DNA from: Auanema rhodensis
Lineage: Eukaryota > Animalia > Nematoda
Assembly (NCBI GenBank): GCA_964057225.1
Contig: OZ059900.1
Coordinates: 26,598,001-26,662,000 of the forward strand
Direction of reading: 5' to 3'
Length of the DNA stretch: 64,000 nt
Shown here in pieces: positions 1-15,400 of this stretch; positions within the stretch are counted from its first letter, which is position 1; every line of letters begins with the position of its first letter. Under the pieces are notes generated by a model. That model was given only the letters and a program-made list of their open reading frames with translations, searched no databases and was not told the DNA's origin. The position numbers and the translations under genes were made by a program.

Positions 1-3000
1 CAAAAATGAAAAGTTTAGAATATTCAATTTTTCATAAAAATCGAACGAAATAGCAAGTTGAGCCCGCCGCAAAACATGATAAACGTGTTTCTGTGCTAAC
101 GAATTTTGTTTCATTGTTTTAATTGACTTATTCTGAGTTGAATGAAATGTAGCACATTATTCTAGGACCAAAAATGAAAATTTTAGAATATTTAATTTTT
201 CATAAAAATCGAACGAAATAGCAAGTTGAGCCCGCCGCAAAACATGATAAATGTGTTTCTGTGCCAACGAATTTTGTTTCATTGTTTTAATTGACTTATT
301 CTGAGTTGAATGAAATGTAGCACATTATTCTAGGACCAAAAATGAAAATTTTAGAATATTTAATTTTTCATAAAAATCGAACGAAACAGCAAGTTGAGCC
401 CGCTGCAAAACATGATAAATGTGTTTCTATGCTAACGAATTTTGTTTCATTGTTTTAATTGGCTAATTCTGAGTTGAATGAAATGTAGCACATTTATCTA
501 GGACCAAAAATAAAAATTTTAGAATATTTAATTTTTCATAAAAATCGAAAGAAATAGCAAGTTGAGCCCGCCGCAAAAGATGATAAATGTGTTTCTGTGC
601 TAACGAATTTTGTTTCATTGTTTCAATTGACTTATTCTGAGTTGAATCAAATGTAGCACATTATTCTAGGACCAAAAATGAAAATTTTAGAATATTTAAT
701 TTTTCATAAAAATCGAACGAAACAGCAAGTTGAGCCCGCCGCAAAATATGATAAATGTGTTTCTGTGCCAACGAATTTTGTTTCATTGTTTTAATTGACT
801 TATTCTGAGTTGAATGAAATGTAGCACATTATTCTAGGACCAAAAATGAAAATTTTAGAATATTTAATTTTTCATAAAAATCGAACGAAATAGCAAGTTG
901 AGCCCACCGCAAAACATGATAAATGTGTTTCTGTGCTAACGAATTCTGTTTCATTGTTTTGATTGACTTATTCTGAGTTGAATGAAATGTAGCACATTAT
1001 TCTAGGACCAAAAATGAAAATTTTAGAATATTTAATTTTTCATAAAAATCGAACGAAATAGCAAGTTGAGCCCGCCGCAAAATATGATAAATGTGTTTCT
1101 GTGCCAACGAATTTTGTTTCATTGTTTTAATTGACTTATTCTGAGTTAAATGAAATGTAGCACATTATTCTAGGACCAAAAATGAAAATTTTAGAATATT
1201 TAATTTTTCATAAAAATCGAACGAAATAACAAGTTGAGCCCGCCGCAAAACATGATAAATGTGTTTCTGTGCTAACGAATTTTGTTTCATTGTTTTAATT
1301 GGCTAATTCTGAGTTGAATGAAATGTAGCACATTATTCTAGGACCAAAAATGAAAAGTTTAGAATATTCAATTTTTCATAAAAATCGAACGAAATAGCAA
1401 GTTGAGCCCGCCGCAAAACATGATAAACGTGTTTCTGTGCTAACGAATTTTGTTTCATTGTTTTAATTGACTTATTCTGAGTTGAATGAAATGTAGCACA
1501 TTATTCTAGGACCAAAAATGAAAATTTTAGAATATTTAATTTTTCATAAAAATCGAAAGAAATAGCAAGTTGAGCCCGCCGCAAAAGATGATAAATGTGT
1601 TTCTGTGCTAACGAATTTTGTTTCATTGTTTCAATTGACTTATTCTGAGTTGAATCAAATGTAGCACATTATTCTAGGACCAAAAATGAAAATTTTAGAA
1701 TATTTAATTTTTCATAAAAATCGAACGAAACAGCAAGTTGAGCCCGCCGCAAAATATGATAAATGTGTTTCTGTGCCAACGAATTTTGTTTCATTGTTTT
1801 AATTGACTTATTCTGAGTTGAATGAAATGTAGCACATTATTCTAGGACCAAAAATGAAAATTTTAGAATATTTAATTTTTCATAAAAATCGAACGAAATA
1901 GCAAGTTGAGCTCACCGCAAAACATGATAAATGTGTTTCTGTGCTAACGAATTCTGTTTCATTGTTTTGATTGGCTAATTCTGAGTTAAATGAAATGTAG
2001 CACATTATTCTAGGACCAAAAATGAAAATTTTAGAATATTTAATTTTTCATAAAAATCGAACGAAATAACAAGTTGAGCCCGCCGCAAAACATGATAAAT
2101 GTGTTTCTGTGCTAACGAATTTTGTTTCATTGTTTTAATTGGCTAATTCTGAGTTGAATGAAATGTAGCACATTATTCTAGGACCAAAAATGAAAAGTTT
2201 AGAATATTCAATTTTTCATAAAAATCGAACGAAATAGCAAGTTGAGCCCGCCGCAAAACATGATAAACGTGTTTCTGTGCTAACGAATTTTGTTTCATTG
2301 TTTTAATTGACTTATTCTGAGTTGAATGAAATGTAGCACATTATTCTAGGACCAAAAATGAAAATTTTAGAATATTTAATTTTTCATAAAAATCGAACGA
2401 AATAGCAAGTTGAGCCCGCCGCAAAACATGATAAATGTGTTTCTGTGCTAACGAATTTTGTTTCATTGTTTTAATTGGCTAATTCTGAGTTGAATGAAAT
2501 GTAGCACATTATTCTAGGTTCAAAAATAAAAATTTTAGATTATTCAATTTTTCATAGAAATCAAACGAAATAGCAAGTTTAGCCCGCCGCAAAACATGAT
2601 TATTATGGATATATGAATACGAAAACTATTTCATATTACTAAACTGTTTATTCTGAGTTAAATAAGGTGTAGCACGTTATGCTAGGACCAAAAATAAAAA
2701 TTTTAGAATATTTAATTTTTCATAGAAATCAAACGAAATAGCAAGTTTAGCCGGCCGCAAAACATGATAAATGTGTTTCTATGCTAACGAATTTTGTTTC
2801 ATTGTTTTAATTGGCTAATTCTGAGTTGAATGAAATGTAGCACATTTATCTAGGACCAAAAATAAAAATTTTAGAATATTTAATTTTTCATAAAAATCGA
2901 AAGAAATAGCAAGTTGAGCCCGCCGCAAAAGATGATAAATGTGTTTCTGTGCTAACGAATTTTGTTTCATTGTTTCAATTGACTTATTCTGAGTTGAATC

Positions 3001-6000
3001 AAATGTAGCACATTATTCTAGGACCAAAAATGAAAATTTTAGAATATTTAATTTTTCATAAAAATCGAACGAAACAGCAAGTTGAGCCCGCCGCAAAATA
3101 TGATAAATGTGTTTCTGTGCTAACGAATTTTGTTTCATTGTTTTAATTGGCTAATTCTGAGTTGAATGAAATGTAGCACATTATTCTAGGACCAAAAATG
3201 AAAATTTTAGAATATTCAATTTTTCATAAAAATCGAACGAAATAGCAAGTTGAGCCCGCCGCAAAACATGATAAACGTGTTTCTGTGCTAACGAATTTTG
3301 TTTCATTGTTTTAATTGACTTATTCTGAGTTGAATGAAATGTAGCACATTATTCTAGGACCAAAAATGAAAATTTTAGAATATTTAATTTTTCATAAAAA
3401 TCGAAAGAAATAGCAAGTTGAGCCCGCCGCAAAAGATGATAAATGTGTTTCTGTGCTAACGAATTTTGTTTCATTGTTTCAATTGACTTATTCTGAGTTG
3501 AATCAAATGTAGCACATTATTCTAGGACCAAAAATGAAAATTTTAGAATATTTAATTTTTCATAAAAATCGAACGAAACAGCAAGTTGAGCCCGCCGCAA
3601 AATATGATAAATGTGTTTCTGTGCCAACGAATTTTGTTTCATTGTTTTAATTGACTTATTCTGAGTTGAATGAAATGTAGCACATTATTCTAGGACCAAA
3701 AATGAAAATTTTAGAATATTTAATTTTTCATAAAAATCGAACGAAACAGCAAGTTGAGCCCGCCGCAAAATATGATAAATGTGTTTCTGTGCCAACGAAT
3801 TTTGTTTCATTGTTTTAATTGACTTATTCTGAGTTGAATGAAATGTAGCACATTATTCTAGGACCAAAAATGAAAATTTTAGAATATTTAATTTTTCATA
3901 AAAATCGAACGAAATAGCAAGTTGAGCCCACCGCAAAACATGATAAATGTGTTTCTGTGCTAACGAATTCTGTTTCATTGTTTTGATTGACTTATTCTGA
4001 GTTGAATGAAATGTAGCACATTATTCTAGGACCAAAAATGAAAATTTTAGAATATTTAATTTTTCATAAAAATCGAACGAAATAGCAAGTTGAGCCCGCC
4101 GCAAAACATGATAAATGTGTTTCTGTGCCAACGAATTCTGTTTCATTGTTTTAATTGACTTATTCTGAGTTGAATGAAATGTAGCACATTATTCTAGGAC
4201 CAAAAATGAAAATTTTAGAATATTTAATTTTTCATAAAAATCGAACGAAATAACAAGTTGAGCCTGCCGCAAAACATGATAAATGTGTTTCTGTGCTAAC
4301 GAATTTTGTTTCATTGTTTTAATTGGCTAATTCTGAGTTGAATGAAATGTAGCACATTATTCTAGGACCAAAAATGAAAATTTTAGAATATTTAATTTTT
4401 CATAAAAATCGAACGAAATAGCAAGTTGAGCCCGCCGCAAAACATGATAAATGTGTTTCTGTGCCAACGAATTTTGTTTCATTGTTTTAATTGACTTATT
4501 CTGAGTTGAATGAAATGTAGCACATTATTCTAGGACCAAAAATGAAAATTTTAGAATATTTAATTTTTCATAAAAATCGAAAGAAATAGCAAGTTGAGCC
4601 CGCCGCAAAAGATGATAAATGTGTTTCTGTGCTAACGAATTTTGTTTCATTGTTTCAATTGACTTATTCTGAGTTGAATCAAATGTAGCACATTATTCTA
4701 GGACCAAAAATGAAAATTTTAGAATATTTAATTTTTCATAAAAATCGAACGAAACAGCAAGTTGAGCCCGCCGCAAAATATGATAAATGTGTTTCTGTGC
4801 CAACGAATTTTGTTTCATTGTTTTAATTGACTTATTCTGAGTTGAATGAAATGTAGCACATTATTCTAGGACCAAAAATGAAAATTTTAGAATATTTAAT
4901 TTTTCATAAAAATCGAACGAAATAGCAAGTTGAGCTCACCGCAAAACATGATAAATGTGTTTCTGTGCTAACGAATTCTGTTTCATTGTTTTGATTGGCT
5001 AATTCTGAGTTAAATGAAATGTAGCACATTATTCTAGGACCAAAAATGAAAATTTTAGAATATTTAATTTTTCATAAAAATCGAACGAAATAACAAGTTG
5101 AGCCCGCCGCAAAACATGATAAATGTGTTTCTGTGCTAACGAATTTTGTTTCATTGTTTTAATTGGCTAATTCTGAGTTGAATGAAATGTAGCACATTAT
5201 TCTAGGACCAAAAATGAAAAGTTTAGAATATTCAATTTTTCATAAAAATCGAACGAAATAGCAAGTTGAGCCCGCCGCAAAACATGATAAACGTGTTTCT
5301 GTGCTAACGAATTTTGTTTCATTGTTTTAATTGACTTATTCTGAGTTGAATGAAATGTAGCACATTATTCTAGGACCAAAAATGAAAATTTTAGAATATT
5401 TAATTTTTCATAAAAATCGAACGAAATAGCAAGTTGAGCCCGCCGCAAAACATGATAAATGTGTTTCTGTGCTAACGAATTTTGTTTCATTGTTTTAATT
5501 GGCTAATTCTGAGTTGAATGAAATGTAGCACATTATTCTAGGTTCAAAAATAAAAATTTTAGATTATTCAATTTTTCATAGAAATCAAACGAAATAGCAA
5601 GTTTAGCCCGCCGCAAAACATGATTATTATGGATATATGAATACGAAAACTATTTCATATTACTAAACTGTTTATTCTGAGTTAAATAAGGTGTAGCACG
5701 TTATGCTAGGACCAAAAATAAAAATTTTAGAATATTTAATTTTTCATAGAAATCAAACGAAATAGCAAGTTTAGCCGGCCGCAAAACATGATAAATGTGT
5801 TTCTATGCTAACGAATTTTGTTTCATTGTTTTAATTGGCTAATTCTGAGTTGAATGAAATGTAGCACATTTATCTAGGACCAAAAATAAAAATTTTAGAA
5901 TATTTAATTTTTCATAAAAATCGAAAGAAATAGCAAGTTGAGCCCGCCGCAAAAGATGATAAATGTGTTTCTGTGCTAACGAATTTTGTTTCATTGTTTC

Positions 6001-9000
6001 AATTGACTTATTCTGAGTTGAATCAAATGTAGCACATTATTCTAGGACCAAAAATGAAAATTTTAGAATATTTAATTTTTCATAAAAATCGAACGAAACA
6101 GCAAGTTGAGCCCGCCGCAAAATATGATAAATGTGTTTCTGTGCTAACGAATTTTGTTTCATTGTTTTAATTGGCTAATTCTGAGTTGAATGAAATGTAG
6201 CACATTATTCTAGGACCAAAAATGAAAATTTTAGAATATTCAATTTTTCATAAAAATCGAACGAAATAGCAAGTTGAGCCCGCCGCAAAACATGATAAAC
6301 GTGTTTCTGTGCTAACGAATTTTGTTTCATTGTTTTAATTGACTTATTCTGAGTTGAATGAAATGTAGCACATTATTCTAGGACCAAAAATGAAAATTTT
6401 AGAATATTTAATTTTTCATAAAAATCGAAAGAAATAGCAAGTTGAGCCCGCCGCAAAAGATGATAAATGTGTTTCTGTGCTAACGAATTTTGTTTCATTG
6501 TTTCAATTGACTTATTCTGAGTTGAATCAAATGTAGCACATTATTCTAGGACCAAAAATGAAAATTTTAGAATATTTAATTTTTCATAAAAATCGAACGA
6601 AACAGCAAGTTGAGCCCGCCGCAAAATATGATAAATGTGTTTCTGTGCCAACGAATTTTGTTTCATTGTTTTAATTGACTTATTCTGAGTTGAATGAAAT
6701 GTAGCACATTATTCTAGGACCAAAAATGAAAATTTTAGAATATTTAATTTTTCATAAAAATCGAACGAAATAGCAAGTTGAGCCCACCGCAAAACATGAT
6801 AAATGTGTTTCTGTGCTAACGAATTCTGTTTCATTGTTTTGATTGACTTATTCTGAGTTGAATGAAATGTAGCACATTATTCTAGGACCAAAAATGAAAA
6901 TTTTAGAATATTTAATTTTTCATAAAAATCGAACGAAATAGCAAGTTGAGCCCGCCGCAAAACATGATAAATGTGTTTCTGTGCCAACGAATTCTGTTTC
7001 ATTGTTTTAATTGGCTAATTCTGAGTTGAATGAAATGTAGCACATTATTCTAGGACCAAAAATGAAAATTTTAGAATATTTAATTTTTCATAAAAATCGA
7101 ACGAAATAGCAAGTTGAGCCCGCCGCAAAACATGATAAATGTGTTTCTGTGCCAACGAATTTTGTTTCATTGTTTTAATTGACTTATTCTGAGTTGAATG
7201 AAATGTAGCACATTATTCTAGGACCAAAAATGAAAATTTTAGAATATTTAATTTTTCATAAAAATCGAAAGAAATAGCAAGTTGAGCCCGCCGCAAAAGA
7301 TGATAAATGTGTTTCTGTGCTAACGAATTTTGTTTCATTGTTTCAATTGACTTATTCTGAGTTGAATCAAATGTAGCACATTATTCTAGGACCAAAAATG
7401 AAAATTTTAGAATATTTAATTTTTCATAAAAATCGAACGAAACAGCAAGTTGAGCCCGCCGCAAAATATGATAAATGTGTTTCTGTGCCAACGAATTTTG
7501 TTTCATTGTTTTAATTGACTTATTCTGAGTTGAATGAAATGTAGCACATTATTCTAGGACCAAAAATGAAAATTTTAGAATATTTAATTTTTCATAAAAA
7601 TCGAACGAAATAGCAAGTTGAGCTCACCGCAAAACATGATAAATGTGTTTCTGTGCTAACGAATTCTGTTTCATTGTTTTGATTGGCTAATTCTGAGTTA
7701 AATGAAATGTAGCACATTATTCTAGGACCAAAAATGAAAATTTTAGAATATTTAATTTTTCATAAAAATCGAACGAAATAACAAGTTGAGCCCGCCGCAA
7801 AACATGATAAATGTGTTTCTGTGCTAACGAATTTTGTTTCATTGTTTTAATTGGCTAATTCTGAGTTGAATGAAATGTAGCACATTATTCTAGGACCAAA
7901 AATGAAAAGTTTAGAATATTCAATTTTTCATAAAAATCGAACGAAATAGCAAGTTGAGCCCGCCGCAAAACATGATAAACGTGTTTCTGTGCTAACGAAT
8001 TTTGTTTCATTGTTTTAATTGACTTATTCTGAGTTGAATGAAATGTAGCACATTATTCTAGGACCAAAAATGAAAATTTTAGAATATTTAATTTTTCATA
8101 AAAATCGAACGAAATAGCAAGTTGAGCCCGCCGCAAAACATGATAAATGTGTTTCTGTGCTAACGAATTTTGTTTCATTGTTTTAATTGGCTAATTCTGA
8201 GTTGAATGAAATGTAGCACATTATTCTAGGTTCAAAAATAAAAATTTTAGATTATTCAATTTTTCATAGAAATCAAACGAAATAGCAAGTTTAGCCCGCC
8301 GCAAAACATGATTATTATGGATATATGAATACGAAAACTATTTCATATTACTAAACTGTTTATTCTGAGTTAAATAAGGTGTAGCACGTTATGCTAGGAC
8401 CAAAAATAAAAATTTTAGAATATTTAATTTTTCATAGAAATCAAACGAAATAGCAAGTTTAGCCGGCCGCAAAACATGATAAATGTGTTTCTATGCTAAC
8501 GAATTTTGTTTCATTGTTTTAATTGGCTAATTCTGAGTTGAATGAAATGTAGCACATTTATCTAGGACCAAAAATAAAAATTTTAGAATATTTAATTTTT
8601 CATAAAAATCGAAAGAAATAGCAAGTTGAGCCCGCCGCAAAAGATGATAAATGTGTTTCTGTGCTAACGAATTTTGTTTCATTGTTTCAATTGACTTATT
8701 CTGAGTTGAATCAAATGTAGCACATTATTCTAGGACCAAAAATGAAAATTTTAGAATATTTAATTTTTCATAAAAATCGAACGAAACAGCAAGTTGAGCC
8801 CGCCGCAAAATATGATAAATGTGTTTCTGTGCTAACGAATTTTGTTTCATTGTTTTAATTGGCTAATTCTGAGTTGAATGAAATGTAGCACATTATTCTA
8901 GGACCAAAAATGAAAATTTTAGAATATTCAATTTTTCATAAAAATCGAACGAAATAGCAAGTTGAGCCCGCCGCAAAACATGATAAACGTGTTTCTGTGC

Positions 9001-12000
9001 TAACGAATTTTGTTTCATTGTTTTAATTGACTTATTCTGAGTTGAATGAAATGTAGCACATTATTCTAGGACCAAAAATGAAAATTTTAGAATATTTAAT
9101 TTTTCATAAAAATCGAAAGAAATAGCAAGTTGAGCCCGCCGCAAAAGATGATAAATGTGTTTCTGTGCTAACGAATTTTGTTTCATTGTTTCAATTGACT
9201 TATTCTGAGTTGAATCAAATGTAGCACATTATTCTAGGACCAAAAATGAAAATTTTAGAATATTTAATTTTTCATAAAAATCGAACGAAACAGCAAGTTG
9301 AGCCCGCCGCAAAATATGATAAATGTGTTTCTGTGCCAACGAATTTTGTTTCATTGTTTTAATTGACTTATTCTGAGTTGAATGAAATGTAGCACATTAT
9401 TCTAGGACCAAAAATGAAAATTTTAGAATATTTAATTTTTCATAAAAATCGAACGAAACAGCAAGTTGAGCCCGCCGCAAAATATGATAAATGTGTTTCT
9501 GTGCCAACGAATTTTGTTTCATTGTTTTAATTGACTTATTCTGAGTTGAATGAAATGTAGCACATTATTCTAGGACCAAAAATGAAAATTTTAGAATATT
9601 TAATTTTTCATAAAAATCGAACGAAATAGCAAGTTGAGCCCACCGCAAAACATGATAAATGTGTTTCTGTGCTAACGAATTCTGTTTCATTGTTTTGATT
9701 GACTTATTCTGAGTTGAATGAAATGTAGCACATTATTCTAGGACCAAAAATGAAAATTTTAGAATATTTAATTTTTCATAAAAATCGAACGAAATAGCAA
9801 GTTGAGCCCGCCGCAAAACATGATAAATGTGTTTCTGTGCCAACGAATTCTGTTTCATTGTTTTAATTGACTTATTCTGAGTTGAATGAAATGTAGCACA
9901 TTATTCTAGGACCAAAAATGAAAATTTTAGAATATTTAATTTTTCATAAAAATCGAACGAAATAACAAGTTGAGCCTGCCGCAAAACATGATAAATGTGT
10001 TTCTGTGCTAACGAATTTTGTTTCATTGTTTTAATTGGCTAATTCTGAGTTGAATGAAATGTAGCACATTATTCTAGGACCAAAAATGAAAATTTTAGAA
10101 TATTTAATTTTTCATAAAAATCGAACGAAATAGCAAGTTGAGCCCGCCGCAAAACATGATAAATGTGTTTCTGTGCCAACGAATTTTGTTTCATTGTTTT
10201 AATTGACTTATTCTGAGTTGAATGAAATGTAGCACATTATTCTAGGACCAAAAATGAAAATTTTAGAATATTTAATTTTTCATAAAAATCGAACGAAACA
10301 GCAAGTTGAGCCCGCTGCAAAACATGATAAATGTGTTTCTATGCTAACGAATTTTGTTTCATTGTTTTAATTGGCTAATTCTGAGTTGAATGAAATGTAG
10401 CACATTTATCTAGGACCAAAAATAAAAATTTTAGAATATTTAATTTTTCATAAAAATCGAAAGAAATAGCAAGTTGAGCCCGCCGCAAAAGATGATAAAT
10501 GTGTTTCTGTGCTAACGAATTTTGTTTCATTGTTTCAATTGACTTATTCTGAGTTGAATCAAATGTAGCACATTATTCTAGGACCAAAAATGAAAATTTT
10601 AGAATATTTAATTTTTCATAAAAATCGAACGAAACAGCAAGTTGAGCCCGCCGCAAAATATGATAAATGTGTTTCTGTGCCAACGAATTTTGTTTCATTG
10701 TTTTAATTGACTTATTCTGAGTTGAATGAAATGTAGCACATTATTCTAGGACCAAAAATGAAAATTTTAGAATATTTAATTTTTCATAAAAATCGAACGA
10801 AATAGCAAGTTGAGCCCACCGCAAAACATGATAAATGTGTTTCTGTGCTAACGAATTCTGTTTCATTGTTTTGATTGACTTATTCTGAGTTGAATGAAAT
10901 GTAGCACATTATTCTAGGACCAAAAATGAAAATTTTAGAATATTTAATTTTTCATAAAAATCGAACGAAATAGCAAGTTGAGCCCGCCGCAAAATATGAT
11001 AAATGTGTTTCTGTGCCAACGAATTTTGTTTCATTGTTTTAATTGACTTATTCTGAGTTAAATGAAATGTAGCACATTATTCTAGGACCAAAAATGAAAA
11101 TTTTAGAATATTTAATTTTTCATAAAAATCGAACGAAATAACAAGTTGAGCCCGCCGCAAAACATGATAAATGTGTTTCTGTGCTAACGAATTTTGTTTC
11201 ATTGTTTTAATTGGCTAATTCTGAGTTGAATGAAATGTAGCACATTATTCTAGGACCAAAAATGAAAAGTTTAGAATATTCAATTTTTCATAAAAATCGA
11301 ACGAAATAGCAAGTTGAGCCCGCCGCAAAACATGATAAACGTGTTTCTGTGCTAACGAATTTTGTTTCATTGTTTTAATTGACTTATTCTGAGTTGAATG
11401 AAATGTAGCACATTATTCTAGGACCAAAAATGAAAATTTTAGAATATTTAATTTTTCATAAAAATCGAAAGAAATAGCAAGTTGAGCCCGCCGCAAAAGA
11501 TGATAAATGTGTTTCTGTGCTAACGAATTTTGTTTCATTGTTTCAATTGACTTATTCTGAGTTGAATCAAATGTAGCACATTATTCTAGGACCAAAAATG
11601 AAAATTTTAGAATATTTAATTTTTCATAAAAATCGAACGAAACAGCAAGTTGAGCCCGCCGCAAAATATGATAAATGTGTTTCTGTGCCAACGAATTTTG
11701 TTTCATTGTTTTAATTGACTTATTCTGAGTTGAATGAAATGTAGCACATTATTCTAGGACCAAAAATGAAAATTTTAGAATATTTAATTTTTCATAAAAA
11801 TCGAACGAAATAGCAAGTTGAGCCCACCGCAAAACATGATAAATGTGTTTCTGTGCTAACGAATTCTGTTTCATTGTTTTGATTGGCTAATTCTGAGTTA
11901 AATGAAATGTAGCACATTATTCTAGGACCAAAAATGAAAATTTTAGAATATTTAATTTTTCATAAAAATCGAACGAAATAACAAGTTGAGCCCGCCGCAA

Positions 12001-12047
12001 AACATGATAAATGTGTTTCTGTGCTAACGAATTTTGTTTCATTGTTT

Positions 12048-12293
12048 TGTAGTATATAGCCTTATAATAATATCAGTAGTATAGAATTGTGATCTAGATC
12101 ACAAGAAATCACAATGTCAAGTATAAGAGATACAAGACCAGTCGATACCCTTGTCAAGACACGACACCGGTCTCTTTTTACCTGTTTCTTTGTATTATTT
12201 TTTAACTGATCTTTTGGTTCTATTAATTTATAACTAATAAACTTCATCATATCAAAACAACTACTTTGAATCCGAGCACCGAGCTAGATTACA
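12048..12293 (+). repeat. 5' LTR (246 bp)
   Basis: tgtagtatatagcc...gagctagattaca; identical by eye to 17357-17602; contains AATAAA. Confidence 0.97.
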
Positions 12294-12305
12294 TGGGGGC
12301 CGAAC
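12294..12305 (+). promoter_or_regulatory. Primer binding site, tRNA-Pro type
   Basis: TGGGGGCCGAAC immediately after the 5' LTR is complementary to the 3' end of nematode tRNA-Pro (...GTTCGGCCCCCA), recalled from the C. elegans tRNA-Pro sequence. Confidence 0.8.
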
Positions 12306-12449
12306 TCGTAGTTGTATGAAAGTTTTTTGTTATTGTGGAAATAGAAAGATAACAAGAGTTTTTGTTGTTTGCTCAGTTTGAAATCTTCGTTGTTTTACTT
12401 TTCTTTTCTGTACTGGATACCTAGCTCAACCAACTAAGATTGCAAAAAT

Positions 12450-15400
12450 ATGTCACTTCTGGAAGACATAAAAAGCATAGTTGACGGAGAGTTAGGTGTC
12501 ATCAAAACTTCTTTACAGCAGTTTGTAGTTGAAAAGGAGGCGCAGATCCAAGTTCTAAAAGGAAACGCAGCCACTCTTCGAAAAGCTGGACATGTTACAG
12601 AAGTAGGGGACAAGGCCGTCACGCTGATCAATCAGGCAATCGAGCAAGTAAGTAATAATATTTTTTCGGCTTGTGTGAGCAAGAACGTGGAGGCCAACTC
12701 TGCTAAATTTGTGAAAAACGTCACCAGTATCCTCACGTCATACGACATAGCTGACGAAAATGAGCTGGACGAATATCTATTAGCGGTGAAAGACAGAGAG
12801 AGTGAATTGGAAGAAAGGTTCGAGCAACAAAAGAGGAAATTGGCCAAGCAAGATGAGGACGGGGCGCGAACTATAGAAACTATTAAGATTTCTGAGGCAG
12901 CCATAGAGAAACTAAGAGATGGTATAAATGTTTTGACAAATGAGAACCAGGCGCTAAAAGGAGAAGTTGCAAAGTTGCGTCAGCATTTAGATTCGGAGGA
13001 GATATTGGAAAACCGGGCAACGCACAGGGTGTTGGCTTCGGCATCGCCGTCTAGTGCAGAACAGGAGCTGCGAGATAGTCCCTACTCGCATAGCTTGAGG
13101 TTAGAGGCGTTGGTGAAAGAGGTCCTTCTGGGACAAAATAGGGTGGTAGAACAACAGCGAGTAGCCCTGTCGCGAAAGCAAGTAACCATCCCTGTTTTTT
13201 CAGGAGAGAAGCGTTTTGAAAATTTTGCAGATCATGTGGAGCTCTTTAAGTTTAAGTTTGAACATGAAAGGTTGGATGACAGAAGCGCATCCTTTCATTT
13301 TGCTAGCAGTCTATCGGGTTTTGCATTAGAAACGTTCAAATCGATAGAAAAAGCGCTTCCGTTTGAAGAAAAATTAATAAGGTTGGGAAAATTGCTTCAG
13401 CATCAGTTTGATATGTTTAAACTGGAAGATGAAAGAAGGTTGAGAAACCTTTCCATTGTTAATTGTCACAATAGTGTTGTTGAGTTTATTAGGGAGTTGG
13501 ACAGGTTGTACGATAGATGTTATACTTCACTATCAGTGGAGGAAAAGGCTAAAAAAAAGGTGATTCATCTGTATGAGGAGATTAAAACTTGGGAGGGTGC
13601 TTTCAGTTTTAGTATAGCATTGCATGCAGAGAATCAGCAGCCAGTGTATGCATCTATGAAAAGTTGGGCGCTGAGTATGGAAAATCAAACCAGAGTGGTA
13701 AGAAAATCCTTCAATAGTGTCAAGATTAGTAGGTCAGACCGAAATAGTTCTGACGCAAAAATTTCAAGGGAAGGTGTTAATACACCAAAGTTAACATGTT
13801 TTAAGTGTGGAGGTTTAGGACACACACAGTATGTATGTAAGAACAGAGAGTCACCCAGAGATAGTTCTGGTAGAGTGAGCGCAGTTGGAGAAAAAGCTGT
13901 TCCAGAAAAAAAAGGAAGACCCAGAGAAAACGTGTCGGTTCAAGGTGTAGAGTGCACGGCATTGATTGACAGTGGTTCATCAGTAACGCTTGTACCACTG
14001 CATATAGTGAACAGGATGGGTAAGAATGTTGTTGTTAAAGAGACAGAAGACACACTGTCAGGGGTAAGCGGGGAGCAGTTAAATTTAGTTGGTAAAGCTG
14101 ATCTAGAGATAGAACTCTATAGCACAGAGAACAAAGCGGTAATATCTTGTTTTGTGTGGAACTCCAATAGTTCGGAAATTATCTTGGGATTCAACGCGTT
14201 TGAGGTTTTAGGTTTAGAGTTGATCAAGAGATCCAGAGTTTTGCAGTTGGGGGAGGCGATAGTTAGTACAATAAAAATAAAGGAACCCAATCGAGGGTTT
14301 CAAGATGTAAAATTGGGGCACCTGCCAAAAGATCAAAAATATCAGCTGGATAAGGTGATTAATGAGTACCCGGAGATTTTTAGCAGTGAGGCAGAGAACC
14401 TAGCCGGCATGAAAGTGGAGCCAGCGTCTATTGATACTGGTAAGGCGCGCCCAGTAGCACAAAAAGTGCGGCCAGTTCCAGCCAGCTTGAGAGAAGAATT
14501 GAGTTGTTTGTTGGAGGAGATGGAACGGGAGGGCATTACAAGCAGGTCCAAATCTCCTTGGGCAGCACCAATTGTTCTAGTAAGAAAGAGAGATAAATCT
14601 CTTCGTCTATGTGTAGACTATAGAGAGTTGAATAAGGTGATTATAAGTGACAAATATCCACTTCCAAATATAGAAGTAATTTTACAATGTCTGGCACAGG
14701 CTAAGTTCTTTTCATCGGTAGATTGTTTACAAGGCTTTTGGCAGTTACCCTTGGATAAAGAAGCCAAGCCAAAAACAGCCTTCATAACCCATAAAGGGTT
14801 ATATGAGTTTAACAGGCTGCCTTTTGGAATGGCTAATAGCCCCGCAATATTCCAAAGAGCGATGGATACTGTTTTAGCAGAAACAGGTCTTGTTGGAAGT
14901 GAAATCCATATCTATCTGGACGACATAATAGTGGCAACGGTCACTCAAGCAAGACATTTTCAGGTACTAAGGATTTTATTTTTAGCTTTTAGAAAATTTA
15001 ATGTACGGTTAAAACCGTCGAAATGCGAGTTTTTCAAGACAGAATTGAAAGTTCTGGGACATGTGGTCACGGAAAAAGGGATCAGTACTGATCCAATGAA
15101 AGTTGCAGCCATATCAGAATACCCGGTTCCGAGGAATACTACCCAGTTGAAATCTTTTTTGGGTTCACTGTCATACTACAGGAAGTTTATAAAAGGCTTT
15201 GCTGCAGAAGCTAGGCCGTTGTATGATTTGTGTGCATTAGGAGTGAAATTTGAATGGAAGGAACCACAGGAGAAATCGTTTACAACGTTGAAGAAAAAGA
15301 TAACAGAAACGCCAATTCTGATCCAACCTGATGTTACGGCAGCGCGTGAGGGCGATAAACCCTTTATAATTTATACAGATGTGAGTATAGTCGGTTTGGG

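Noticed and set aside
12062-12250. 62-aa minus-strand ORF, duplicated at 17371-17559
   Set aside because: Lies wholly inside the LTRs. The duplication reflects LTR identity, and there are no protein features.
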